Source of the DNA: Macrostomum lignano
Taxonomy: Eukaryota
Length of the DNA stretch: 64,000 nt
Direction of reading: 5' to 3'
NCBI GenBank assembly: GCA_002269645.1
Contig: NIVC01003474.1
Span: 32,138-96,137 of the forward strand
The translations under genes were made by a program, and so were the position numbers. Each line of letters opens with the position of its first letter. The stretch's first letter is position 1. Positions 49,721 to 62,765 of this stretch are shown piece after piece. Under the pieces are notes generated by a model. It was not told the DNA's origin, searched no databases, and worked only from the letters and a program-made list of their open reading frames with translations.

Positions 49721-50244
49721 CACTACTGTTGCTTATGTAACCCTCTACTGTCCCTTCCCTGACCCTTACTGTCACTGCACCTTATTTACGACTTATAGTG
49801 CCATTTCAGGAGCTCTGGGTCAAGTAACCATGGCTGCAAGTCCAATGCCCTCTACAGATGGAAGGTACTCTTTAAAAATGTAATCTAGGAATACATACAC
49901 GCGTACTGTATGGAAAATTATTGGTTTAACAAAAAAATCAGGACACATTTGCTCATACGAGCTAGATTGAGGATAAAGGATACTGAACCAATTTAATTTG
50001 CGAAAGCTTTTGATAAACTACATCACAGCGCATGTTTCCGAGCAAGATTGTATATACAGCTAGCGATTCAGACCGGTACTGCAGTAAATACGGAGAGCAC
50101 AACACAGAATTGAATAAATCGAATGGCACAGAGTCAGTTCAAATATCTGCTTCTGCGAACAGAAAAAGGCGGTGGCAGATTTGAAATTAAGACAATCATT
50201 TCGAAAGGCCAGTCATTAAATATCAATGCACTTACTATTTAGGG

Positions 50245-50620
50245 GTGGGGATTTCAATGAGGATTCTGACACTCTGGGGGGCTGGCACAGCAACTGAAGA
50301 TTTTGGAGGCTGGCCCAGCAACTGAGGATCTGGGAGGCTGGCCCAGTAACTGAGGATCTGGGAGGCTGGCCCAGCAACTGAGGATCTGGGAGGCTGGCCC
50401 AGCAACTGAGGATCTGGGAGGCTGGCACAGCAACTGAGGATCTGGGAGGCTGGCCCAGTAACTGAGGATCTGGGAGGCTGGCCCAGCAACTGAGGATCTG
50501 GGAGGCTGGCCCAGCAACTGAGGATCTGGGAGGCTGGCACAGCAACTGAGGATCTGGGAGGCTGGCCCAGCAACTGACACTCTGGGAGGCTGGCTCAGCA
50601 ACTGGGGATCTGGAAGGCTG
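50245..50620. repeat. 28-bp minisatellite just downstream of the VPS39 stop
   Basis: tgaggatctgggaggctggcccagcaac period 28. Confidence 0.94.
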
Positions 50621-50683
50621 GCAGGACAACCTCACAAGCCAGTATACTAGGCAACAGCAATAGCTATAAACACACACAGACAC

Positions 50684-53600
50684 TCACTCCGCCCCAGACT
50701 GTCTGCCACTCAGGCGAGCCCGCATCACCGCCATGCAGCCGTAGTGGGTGACCTGGCGCGACGGGAACCTGGCAAAGGCGCTGGCCCCGATCCGGTTCTG
50801 GCAGACGCTGCACCGGGTGCCCTCCTCGATGGCCACCCGGCCGGAGCGGACCCGGGCGAAGGCGGCCGCAGTCTGCAGCCGCTCGGCGTGGTACAGACCG
50901 CGGCGGGACTGCAGCAGGCGCTTCTCGGCCTCGAGCCGTTGCAGCGATGTCAGCAGATAGTCGGACAGGTCGGCCAGCGGGGTGGCCGGCGGCAGCAGCG
51001 GCAGGACTCGGACAGGCGGTATCTGGCCCGGCCGGCGTTTCAATAATTGTAGCGCGCGCTGCGTCATTGGCGCCGGAGCGCGCGGCGCCTACAAAAGTAG
51101 TGCTTTATTTATAACAAACCAAGGCAGACTGTTTTAGGATTTCACTTTGAAAGATGAGCAATACGGGGGCTGATTTCATAAAAAAAGCTACAAGTGACGA
51201 GTGAAAAGTCGACAAATGACAAGTGTCAAGCGTCAACGATTTTGGTTTCATAAACATGGGTCCTTACTCGTGTTAAAAAAAACTCAATTTTATGTCTATG
51301 GTTGAGACACCATATGAAATCAATCCAGAGTTGAGCCCACAGACCACAATTTAAGGATCTGTGTTTTATACAGACTTGCTTTAAAGACGGCCTCTGCGTT
51401 CTTCTTGGACTTCAATCACAGCTTTAAACCACTTTAAAGCTCACTTTCAGGGAGGTTATTGACATAGATTTTATTTTGCGGGATTTAATCGATCACTTTC
51501 CCGGACACATTGCAAGGATTATTGTATGTATCTAAATAAGCGAGCTTCTCTCTTCTCTTCCTTCGTGACTCGTGACTCTCTTCCACACCCCTAGCAGGGG
51601 CTTCGCCCCCACACCCCTAGCAGGGGCTTCGCCCCCACACCCCTAGCAGGGGCTTCGCCCCCACACCCCTAGCAGGGGCTTCGCCCCCACACCCCTAGCA
51701 GGGGCTTTGCCCCCACACCCCCCACACCCCCATCCCCAACTTCAACCATAGACATACAAGTATGGCTCCGGGATTTATCGGAATACATCCCGCAAAATTA
51801 AAGTACGAGCTAGTTTAAATAAGATATTCTATGAGTTTTTCGGTCGGTATTTCACTTAAATCCCATACCGACCTTAAACCCATAGAAAATATTATACTTA
51901 ATAAAGCTAAAAGTGTCACAGCGACTGTCAAAAACACAAGACAAGAGGAAGTATTTTCACACAGAAGCATCCAGCTTAGTGCATGTCTATGGACGAAACC
52001 CCCGAAGAAGCGATTGTAATTTGTCAAATTTCGCTTGTCACTTGTCACTTGTAATTTGTCCGACAAGTGCTTTATGAATAGCCCTACTCACATGCAATTT
52101 ATAGGCCTCGGCGGGCAGGGGCGCCAGCAGCGCTTTGATCAGCTGACCGTAGACCTCGCCCTGAAGGATGGCTAGCGAAGAATCGGCCGCATCGCCAGTT
52201 TCGGCAGTTGGCTGGCTGAGAATCTCTTCAGCCAGAGACTCAGCCTTCTCCGGCGACTCCAGATACTGGGCCAGAATAGTGAATGCCAGCTCGTACTGGC
52301 CCAGCCTGCTCAGCAGCAGGGCTCGCTCCTCCAGCATGTCGTTGTTAGGATAGCGGGCCAGCAGCTCCTGGGCGTTGTAGTGCCGGGAGCGGCGCAGGAA
52401 GGCCAGCAGGCGGGACCGGGCGCCGGCCACGGCTAAAGGCCCGGTCTGCTGCTCAAGCCTGAGCCGGTACTGGTTAGCCAGTCGGGTGTGCAGCGATTCG
52501 CTGGTGTCAGGCGGCTTACAGTGCAGTACGCAGTGCTCAAGATAGTCTGTGAGCAGTTGAGGAGCGCTAGACTCCAGGAAATTGGCCACCTCTATGCGTG
52601 GCAGCGCATTGTCACCGTCTGCTTGGCTCTCTGTGAAGATTCGCAAGCCCTCCTTGGGGTCGCGCTCGATTATCCACCGACTGTAGCGGAATATGAGATC
52701 CTGGTAGGGCACGCCCAGTTCCTGCACGATGCAACAGTTTTGTGGGATGCAGGGTTAGGGGGTGCGGTGTCAGGGTAGGGGGCTGCAGTGTCAGGATAGG
52801 GGCTGCAGTGTCAGGATAGGCGGCTGCAGTGTCAGGATAGGGGGCTGCAGTGTCAGGGTAGGGGGCTGCAGTGTCAGGATAGGTGGCTGCAGTGTCAGGA
52901 TAGGCGGCTGCAGTGACAGGATAGGGGGCTGCAGTGTCAGGGTAGGGGGCTGCAGTGTCAGGATAGGGGCTGCAGTGTCAGGATAGGCGGCTGCAGTGTC
53001 AGGATAGGGGGCTGCAGTGACAGGATAGGGGGCTGCAGTGACAGGATAGGGGGCTGCAGTGTCAGGATAGGGGCTGCAGTGTCAGGATAGGGGGCTGCAG
53101 TGACAGGATAGGGGGCTGCAGTGACAGGATAGGGGGCTGCAGTGTCAGGATAGGGGGCTGCAGTGACAGGATAGGGGGCTGCAGTGTCAGGATAGGGGCT
53201 GCAGTGTCAGGATAGGGGGCTGCAGCGACAGGATAGGGGGCTGCAGTGTCAGGATGGGGGCTGCAGTGTCAGGATAGGGAGCTGCAGTGACAGGATAGGG
53301 GGCTGCAGTGTCAGGATAGGGGGCTGCAGTGTCAGGATAGGGAGCTGCAGTGACAGGATAGGGCGGCTGCAGTGTCAGGATAGGGGCTGCAGTGTCAGGA
53401 TAGGGAGCTGCAGTAACAGGATAGGGCGGCTGCAGTGTCAGGATAGGGGGCTGCAGTGACAGGAAGTGGCTGCAGTGACAGGATAGGGGGCTGCAGTGTC
53501 AGGATAGGGAGCTGCAGCGACAGGATAGGGGGCTGCAGTTTCAGGATGGGGGCTGCAGTGTCAGGATAGGGAGCTGCAGTGACAGGATAGGGGGCTGCAG

Positions 53601-56600
53601 TGTCAGGATAGGGGGCTGCAGTGTCAGGATAGGGAGCTGCAGTGTCAGGATAGGGGGCTGCAGTGTCAGGATAGGGGGCTGCAGTGTCAGGATAGGGAGC
53701 TGCAGTAACAGGATAGGGGGCTGCAGTGTCAGGATAGGGGGCTGCAGTGTCAGGATAGGGAGCTGCAGTAACAGGATAGGGCGGCTGCAGTGTCAGGATA
53801 GGGCGGCTGCAGTGTCAGGATAGGGGGCTGCAGTGTCAGGATAGGGGGCTGCAGTGTCAGGATAGGGGGCTGCAGTGACAGGATAGGGGGCTGCAGTGTC
53901 AGGATAGGGCGGCTGCAGTGTCAGGATAGGGGGCTGCAGTGTCAGGATAGGGGGCTGCAGTGACAGGATAGGGGGCTGCAGTGACAGGATAGGGGGCTGC
54001 AGTGACAGGATAGGGGCTGCAGTGTCAGGATAGGGGGCTGCAGTGACAGGATAGGGGGCTGCAGTGACAGGATAGGGGGCTGCAGTGACAGGATAGGGGG
54101 CTGCAGTGACAGGATAGGGGGCTGCAGTAACAGGATAGGGGGCTGCAGTGACAGGATAGGGGGCTGCAGTGACAGGATAGGGGGCTGCAGTGTCAGGATA
54201 GGGAGCTGCAGTGTCAGGATAGGGGGCTGCAGTGACAGGATAGGGGGCTGCAGTGACAGGATAGGGGGCTGCAGTGACAGGATAGGTTAATGCGGTAATG
54301 TTAGACTAAGGTTTCAAGATAGAGTTCTACAACAGTCAAACAGAAAAGCAAATCCGATTTACCTGCAGGTACTGCACGCTGTCCTCAATATTGGAGATCT
54401 GAGAGCCGGGTTGCTGATAGTGCTCCATGAGCAGTTTCAGACTGGACTCGTGATCATTATTGTTTTTATAGAGCAGCAGCAGGCTTGGCCACATCCGCTT
54501 CTGTTTCAGACAGGCTTCCGCCTCGCGCAGGTGACAATAGTTGGTGGTGCGAAGCAGGGAAGGCACCAGAGCGGGATTGCTCTCCAGGTAGCATTTCAGC
54601 AGTGAAGTGTCAACTAGCTGACGGAGCTTCTCTAAGTCAGCGGTGATTGGCTGTGGTGGAAGGCATCAGGTTGAAGCCGTTTGCACTTTCCAGTTCGCTT
54701 CGAAGCCAGACTCCAGATTGCCTACTCTCCTTTTAGCCACTGCTATCTACTCTCCCCCAGCCACTGCTATCTACTATTGACCAGCCACTGCTATCTACTA
54801 TTGACCAGCCACTGCTATCTAATCTCCCCCCAGCCGCTGCTATCTACTCTCGACCAGCCACTGCTATCTAATCTCCCCCCAGCCGCTGCTATCTACTCTT
54901 GACCAGCCGCTGCTATCTACTCTCGACCAGCCACTGCTGTCTAATCTCCCCCAGCCGCTGCTATCTAATCTCCCCCCAGCCGCTGCTATCTAATCTCCCC
55001 CTTAGCCACTGCTATCTACTCCCCCTTAGCCACTGCTATCTACTCCCCCTTAGCCACTGCTATCTACTCCCCCTTAGCCACTGCTATCTACTCCCCCTTA
55101 GCCACTGCTATCTACTCCCCCTTAGCCACTGCTATTTACTCCCCCTTAGCCACTGCTATCTACTCCCCCTTAGCCACTGCTATCTACTCCCCCTTAGCCA
55201 CTGCTATCTACTCCCCCTTAGCCACTGCTATCTACTCCCCCTTAGCCACTGCTATTTACTCCCCCTTAGCCACTGCTGTCTACTCTCCCCCCTTAGCCAC
55301 TGCTGTCTACCCTCCCCCCTTAGCCACTGCTGTCTACTCTCCCCCTTAGCCACTGCTATCTTCTCCCCCTTAGCCACTGCTGTCTACTCTCCCCCCTTAG
55401 CCACTGCTGTCTACCCTCCCCCCTTAGCCACTGCTGTCTACTCTTCTCTCTTAGCCTTTGTAGCCCCTGAGAATCTCACACCTTAGAATCTTACTCATTA
55501 GAAAATCCGGCCCCTGAGAATCTCACCCCTGATTATTTCACTCGTGAGAATCTCAGCCCTGAGACTCTCTTCTCCCTAAGAATCTCTCGAAGGGGGTAGC
55601 CTAGTGGTCTCTGATGTGCCAGCGGCCCAGGCTCGATTCCAAGTGCATTCACGTTAATTTGGGGCTAAATTGGAATCTCAGCTTGGCTCTGCTCGTGCAA
55701 TTGCCGCCCTTCAGGGCCAACCCTTAAGGCACAGTAAAGTGTACATGCCTAATGATAAAGTCAGGGCCGCTGTGCACTCCTGTGTGAGAGTGTGCCTGTG
55801 AGAATGACTGCGTACGTATCCGTGCGCTTGTGTGCCTGCTCAGGGGAGTCGGCGGAACGGGCAGCAATGCCTCTCGCCGGTTGTGTGACAATGTCGCCGC
55901 CCACGCCCCCGGGACCCTCCCCAGGCGACCAGCAGCTCACCTGGTATTTGTCAACAGTGTAGAACTGAATAGGAGGCGGCGGCGGCACCTTCTGAGCGAT
56001 CTGAGCTAGCAGCTTCTTGCGCACCGAAGACAAATACTTGGCCAAAGCGAAGTAGCTCTCCAACAGGTCCTGGCCGCTGAACTCAGGCACCCGGCCGGGA
56101 AAGCTGACCCGATCCCGGAACTCCCTCGGCGCGATAGGGTACATGGCAACCACATTGGCCGGATCAATGCTCAGCAGCTCTAACAGGTCCAGCGACTCAG
56201 CGAACTGGCGCTGGCAGAACAGGTTGAAGGCGTAGTGGCACTTCACCAGCGAGACGTCAATGTCCCGCAGCTCGTCCGCCCTGTCCGGATCCGACTGGCC
56301 GATCTCGTGCAGCCGTAGGGCCAGCTCAAAATCGCGACGCTGTATGAGAACTTTTATCTGGGCTGACAGCGGCCGCGGGTGCAGGCAGTAGACTGACTTG
56401 GCAGAGGCAGCGAACAACACGCCGCGGTGCTGGCTGACGCTGCGCAGGCTCTGCACGGGGGTGTGACTCATTAAGGCTAGGGATGTGACTCATTAAGGCT
56501 AGGGATGTGACTCATTAAGGCTAGGGATGTGACTCATTAGAGCTGGGGATGTGACTCATTAGAGCTGGGGATGTGACTCATTAGAGCTAAAGGTGTGACT

Positions 56601-59600
56601 CATTAGAGCTAGGGTGTGACTTATTTGGGATTATTCATCAGGGATTAGAGCTAAGGGTGACTCATTGGAGCTAAGGGTGACTCATTGGAGCTAAGGGTGA
56701 CTCATTGGAGCTAGAGGTGACTTATTGAAGCTAAGGGTGACTCATTGGAGCTAAGGGTGACTCATTGGAGCTAAGGGTGACTCATTGGAGCTAAGGGTGA
56801 CTCATTGGAGCTAAGGGTGACTCATTGGAGCTAGAGGTGACTCATTGGAGCTAAGGGTGACCTGTTGAAGCTAAGGGTGACTCATTGGAGCTAAGGGTGA
56901 CTCATTGGAGCTAAGGGTGACTCATTGGAGCTAAGGGTGACTCATTGGAGCTAGAGGTGACTTATTGGAGCTAAGAGTGACTTATTGAAGCTAAGGGTGA
57001 CTCATTGGAGCTAAGGGTGACTCATTAGAGCTAAGGGTGACTCATTGGAGCTAGAGGTGACCTGTTGAAGCTAAGGGTGACTCATTGGAGCTAAGGGTGA
57101 CTCATTGGAGCTAAGGGTGACTCATTGGAGCTAAGGGTGACTCATTGGAGCTAAGGGTGACTCATTGGAGCTAAGGGTGACTCATTGGAGCTAAGGGTGA
57201 CTCATTAGAGCTAGAGGTGACTCATTGGAGCTAAGGGTGACCTGTTGAAGCTAAGGGTGACTCATTGGAGCTAAGGGTGACTCATTGGAGCTAAGGGTGA
57301 CTCATTGGAGCTAAGGGTGACTCATTGGAGCTAGAGGTGACTCATTGGAGCTAAGGGTGACCTGTTGAAGCTAAGGGTGACTCATTGGAGCTAAGGGTGA
57401 CTCATTGGAGCTAAGGGTGACTCATTGGAGCTAAGGGTGACTCATTGGAGCTAGAGGTGACTCATTGGAGCTAAGGGTGACCTGTTGAAGCTAAGGGTGA
57501 CTCATTGGAGCTAAGGGTGACTCATTGGAGCTAAGGGTGACTTATTGAAGCTAAGGGTGACTCATTGGAGCTAAGGTTGACTCATTGGAGCTAAAGGTGA
57601 CTCATTGGAGCTAAGGGTGACTCATTGGAGCTAGAGGTGACTCATTGGAGCTAAGGGTGACCTGTTGAAGCTAAGGGTGACTCATTGGAGCTAAGGGTGA
57701 CTCATTGGAGCTAAGGGTGACTTATTGGAGCTATGGGTGACTCATTGGAGCTAAGGGTGACTCATTGGAGCTAGAGGTGAGTTATTGGATCTAGGCATGA
57801 CTGGAACTCAAGGCGAGAGTGGTGGAAGAGGCGATTATCAAGGAGCTGACCTTGCAAGAAAGTGCCTGACGCGTACACAGGCACTTTCTCTGCGATGTCA
57901 GGCACGCACATACCGACTCTTTGGGGGCTAACTCATTAAGTAATCTCAAACTCACCGGAATGTCCAAATTCTGTATCAGCGAAGTCCGCTGATCAACAGT
58001 TCGAACTTCAACAAAATCGGCACAGATGCCAATCAGAAACGGGGCCAAATACTGCAGCAGCAGAGGCTCCTTGGACCACTTGACCATCAACGGCCCGTCG
58101 TTGCTTTTCTGACCGCGTCGCCAGCGGCCCTTCTCGTTGACAAACATAGTCTTGGAGTCCTTGGAGCAGAGCGCCAGAGTGTTGCGCTCAACTGGCGCCA
58201 TGACCGGGCCCGTGGCCGGTGAGAAAGGAAACAGCTCGAGGATTTCTCCGTCATCAACGCGAATTCGAAAGTAGTCGGTTTTTAATGCGACGCAAAGCGC
58301 TGTTGGGCCAATCCAGCTGACGGCTCTGGCCGCGGCGGGCAGGGCGAGTTCCTGGCGGAGCTCGGCGAACTGCCAGGCGCCAGGAGGCCAGTGGTAGAGC
58401 AGCAGCCGCTGCTTGACGTGAACGCACAGGCGCAAGTTGGATTGTCTGCCGCTTCCGCCTCCGGGATCTGCCGGGGTCTGGTGACAGCAGGCGAACAGGG
58501 AAGCGCCTCGGGTTCTGTCCAGCACGCTGAGAGCCTTCAACGTGTCCAGATTGTGCACCGAGACTGTGCCATCTGACAGGCTAATTAGCAAGCTGAGCGG
58601 TACCACAGCTTCCAGCTGCTGGATTGGCCGCTTGGAGAATGATTTGTGCGACTTCAGCAGCTGGATGGAGGGGCATTTGTCCAGGCCCGAGATGGAGTAG
58701 CTCAGCAGGTGGCCCTGTTCATGGCAGTGGGAGGAGCTGAATTATTAATGAGTCTGAGGCTCATGGGGAATTTCTCAGACTGTGAAGACCATACTCATAG
58801 GGAATTTCTCAGATTGCAAAGACAGAAAGGCTCATAGGGAATTGCCCAGGTTGTAAAGACACAAAGGCTTATGGGGAATCGTTCTGATTGTAAAGACACA
58901 AAGGCTTATGGGGAATTGTCCAGGTTGTAAAGACACAAAGGCTCATGGGGAATTGCCCAGGTTGTAAAGACACAAAGGCTTATGGGGAATTGTCCAGGTT
59001 GCAAAGACACAAAGGCTCATGGGGAATTGCCCAGGTTGTAAAGACACAAAGGCTTATGGGGAATTGCCCAGGTTGTAAAGACACAAAGGCTCATGGGGAA
59101 TTGCCCAGGTTGTAAAGACACAAAGGCTCATGGGGAATTGCCCAGGTTGTAAAGACACAAAGGCTTATGGGGAATTGTTCTGATTGTAAAGACACAAAGG
59201 CTTATGGGGAATTGCCCAGGTTGTAAAGACACAAAGGCTCATGGGGAATTGCCCAGGTTGTAAAGACACAAAGGCTTATGGGGAATTGTTCTGATTGTAA
59301 AGACACAAAGGCTTATGGGGAATTGCCCAGGTTGTAAAGACACAAAGGCTTATGGGGAATTGCCCAGGTTGTAAAGACACAAAGGCTCATGGGGAATTGC
59401 CCAGGTTGTAAAGACACAAAGGCTTATGGGGAATTGCCCAGGTTGTAAAGACACAAAGGCTCATGGGGAATTGCCCAGGTTGTAAAGACACAAAGGCTCA
59501 TGGGAATTGCCCAGGTTGTAAAGACACAAAGGCTCATGGGGAATTGCCCAGGTTGTAAAGACACAAAGGCTTATGGGGAATTGTCCAGGTTGTAAAGACA

Positions 59601-60633
59601 CAAAGGCTCATGGGGAATTGTCCAGGTTGTAAAGACACAAAGGCTCATGGGGAATTGCCCAGGTTGTAAAGACACAAAGGCTTATGGGGAATTGTTCTGA
59701 TTGTAAAGACACAAAGGCTTATGGGGAATTGCCCAGGTTGTAAAGACACAAAGGCTCATGGGGAATTGCCCAGGTTGTAAAGACACAAAGGCTCATGGGG
59801 AATTGCCCAGGTTGTAAAGACACAAAGGCTCATGGGGAATTGCCCAGGTTGTAAAGACACAAAGGCTTATGGGGAATTGTCCAGGTTGTAAAGACACAAA
59901 GGCTCATGGGGAATTGTCCAGGTTGTAAAGACACAAAGGCTCATGGGGAATTGCCCAGGTTGTAAAGACACAAAGGCTTATGGGGAATTGTTCTGATTGT
60001 AAAGACACAAAGGCTTATGGGGAATTGTCCAGGTTGTAAAGACACAAAGGCTCATGGGGAATTGCCCAGGTTGTAAAGACACAAAGGCTTATGGGGAATT
60101 GTTCTGATTGTAAAGACACAAAGGCTTATGGGGAATTGCCCAGGTTGTAAAGACACAAAGGCTCATGGGGAATTGCCCAGGTTGTAAAGACACAAAGGCT
60201 CATGGGGAATTGCCCAGGTTGTAAAGACACAAAGGCTTATGGGGAATTGTTCTGATTGTAAAGACACAAAGGCTTATGGGGAATTGCCCAGGTTGTAAAG
60301 ACACAAAGGCTCATGGGGAATTGCCCAGGTTGTAAAGACACAAAGGCTCATGGGGAATTGCCCAGGTTGTAAAGACACAAAGGCTCATGGGGAATTGCCC
60401 AGGTTGTAAAGACACAAAGGCTCATGGGAATTGTCCAGGTTTTAAAAAAAGATACCGAGAACAGTGAGGATCAATCAATGTTATTACAACAATGATCTCC
60501 ATGGTCTCCAAGCGGAACTAACCTGATTGGTGCCAACCAGCAGAGTGGGTCCACAGTAGGTCAGACATTCAATCTGCAGCGGCAGGTTATGCAAGATGGT
60601 GACCGCCTCGAATGGCTCGTAGTTTTCCAACAT
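50684..60633 (-). CDS. VPS39: Vps39/Vam6 HOPS subunit, 6 exons, ~900 aa
   Basis: Exons 60633-60523, 58714-57956, 56450-55941, 54650-54363, 52721-52092 and 51088-50684, all GT-AG and in frame. N-terminal LPLQIECL...LLVGTNQGHLL (CNH region), VDTSLLKCYL, C-terminal CSVCQNRIGASAFARFP...HYGC. Confidence 0.95.
51165..52084. mobile_element. 920-bp non-autonomous TIR element (Harbinger-like) filling VPS39 intron 5
   Basis: Imperfect TIRs gggggctgatttcataaa...tttatgaatagccc with subterminal acaagtg repeats. 3-bp TAC on both flanks (51162-51164 and 52085-52087). Internal 26-bp repeat x5 at ~51583-51720. Confidence 0.55.
52750..54290. repeat. 20-21-bp minisatellite, VPS39 intron 4
   Basis: caggatagggggctgcagtgt repeated through almost the whole intron. 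Confidence 0.97.
54730..55460. repeat. 24-bp minisatellite, VPS39 intron 3
   Basis: ttagccactgctatctactccccc period 24. Confidence 0.95.
55592..55897 (+). mobile_element. Second, 3'-truncated copy of the tRNA-derived SINE, VPS39 intron 3
   Basis: gtagcctagtggt...ggctcgattccaagtgca...ggagtcggcggaacgggcagcaatgcctctcgccggttgtgtg matches the reverse complement of 8653-9023, with a 10-nt deletion in the head. Confidence 0.88.
56461..57790. repeat. 20-bp minisatellite (22-bp variant at the left end), VPS39 intron 2
   Basis: ctcattggagctaagggtga period 20. Confidence 0.97.
58740..60440. repeat. 37-bp minisatellite, VPS39 intron 1
   Basis: gacacaaaggct(c/t)atggggaattgcccaggttgtaaa period 37. Confidence 0.97.
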
Positions 60634-61429
60634 CACATGGCTCTCTGATGAGGCGAGCCGCCAGCATGAACATTTGCGAACAAAATGAAATGTTTTCGTT
60701 TTTTTACAAATGTTAATTTGACGCGGAATTTTAATGATAGACGACAAAGGAAGAATCAAAATAGTAATGTTCATGATAACTTTTCTGAATAAATTTATTA
60801 ATATTAAAACATTTATGAAGCAAGTAAAACAAGATTTAAGCACTTTACGAGAATTTGGTATAGATTAACTATTAGCAATCACATTTATGCGTAAATTAAA
60901 GCAAAACTATACGCACGAAGTCTACGTACGGCATCAAGTGTGAAAGACCGCAATGCAATGCAAAAAAACAAAAATAGATAATGAATAACAATGTACGCTG
61001 CATTTAACAAGCAGATAAAGGAAACCCATCACCCATGTGCACTGATTAAGCATTTGCAAACCAATTAACCGACAATGTATCTAGAAATATTGATACGAGT
61101 GTCGTATATTATGAATTATGGCTACTTGTGTTTACAATGACTGTTAAACTGTTGAAAAGATGAAATATTGCAATAATTAGACAGCTCATCATTAGTATTC
61201 TTCTGATGGATCATCTGCGCCTGTTAAAACACTAGTCACCGAAATACTTGTACGAGCTAAGGCTAATTTAAAGATTGAAAACATTAACACACAGAACTTC
61301 TTAATCAACACACGTAACTCAAAGACACGAACTTTTAGCAACTAAAGTACACGGTTACAAATCACTTAACTAAAGATTCTACACTATAGAATCTCAACCC
61401 TAGTAGCTAAACTACACGGCTGGAAGCGA

Positions 61430-62705
61430 ACCTTAGCAACAAAAGTGCACTATTGAAAAAATCCTAGCAATAAAAGTACACCATTGGAAGCACACCCTAG
61501 CAACTAAAGTACACTATTGGAAACCCACCCTAGCAACTAAATTACACCATTGGAAACCCAACCTAGCAACTAAAGTACAGCATTGGAAACTCACTCTTGC
61601 AACTAAAGTACACCATTGGAAGCCCACTCTAGCAACTAAAGTACACTATAGGAAACTCACCCTTACAACTAAAGTACACCATTAGAAACACACCCTAGCA
61701 ACTAAAGTACACTATTGGAAACCCACCCTAGCAACTAAAGCACACTATTGGAAACCCACCATAGCAACTAAAGTACACCATTGGAAACCCACCCTAGCAA
61801 CTAAAGTACACCCTTGGAAACACACCCTAGCAACTAAAGTACACCATTGGAAACACACCATAGCAACTAAAGTACACTATTGGAAACCCACCCTAGCAAC
61901 TAAAGTACACCATTGGAAACCCACCCTAGCAACTAAAGTACACCATTGGAAACCCACTCTAGCAACTAAAGTACACCATTGGAAACACACCATAGCAACT
62001 AAAGTACACCATTGGAAACACCTTAGCAACTAAAGTACACTATTGGAAACCCACCCTAGCAACTAAAGCACACTATTGGAAACCCACCATATCAACTAAA
62101 GTACACTGTTGGAAACACACCCTAGCAACTAAATTACACTATTGGAAACCCACCCTAGCAACTAACGTACAGCATTGGAAACCCACTCTAGCAACTAAAG
62201 TACACTATTGGAAACTCACTCTTGCAACTAAAGTACACCATTGGAAGCCCACTCTAGCAACTAAAGTACACTATAGGAAACTCACCCTTACAACTAAAGT
62301 ACACCATTGGAAACACACCCTAGCAACTAAAGTACACTATTGGAAACCCACCCTAGCAACTAAAGTACACTATTGGAAACCCACCCTAGCAACTAAAGTA
62401 CACTATAGGAAACACACCCTAGCAACTAAAGTACACTATTGGAAACTCACCCTTGCAACTAAATTACACTATAGGAAACTCACCCTTACAACTAAAGTAC
62501 ACCATTGGAAACACACCCTAGCAACTAAAGTACACTATTGGAAACCCACCCTAGCAACTAAAGTACACTATTGGAAACCCACCCTAGCAACTAAAGTACA
62601 CTATAGGAAACACACCCTAGCAACTAAAGTACACTATTGGAAACTCACCCTTGCAACTAAATTACACCATTGGAAACTCACTCTTGCAACTAAAGTACAC
62701 TATTA
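61430..62705. repeat. 33-bp minisatellite (TBC1D20-VPS39 spacer)
   Basis: agcaactaaagtacaccattggaaacccaccct period 33. Confidence 0.97.
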
Positions 62706-62765
62706 GCAAAGTGGACGCCTACATCATAAAACATCAAGCAAGCTCCATGTATTAAAGTGCGCAAG

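Noticed and set aside
51380-51400. aaagacggcctct resembling part of a flatworm spliced-leader sequence as I recall it
   Set aside because: The match is short and imperfect, with no adjacent donor site or Sm-binding site; no SL RNA gene is supported in this window.
54899-55486. SHCYLLPL-repeat ORF
   Set aside because: In-frame reading of the 24-bp intronic minisatellite.
55761-55940. C-terminal extension of ORF 55761-56471
   Set aside because: Read-through past the splice donor at 55940 into intron and SINE sequence.
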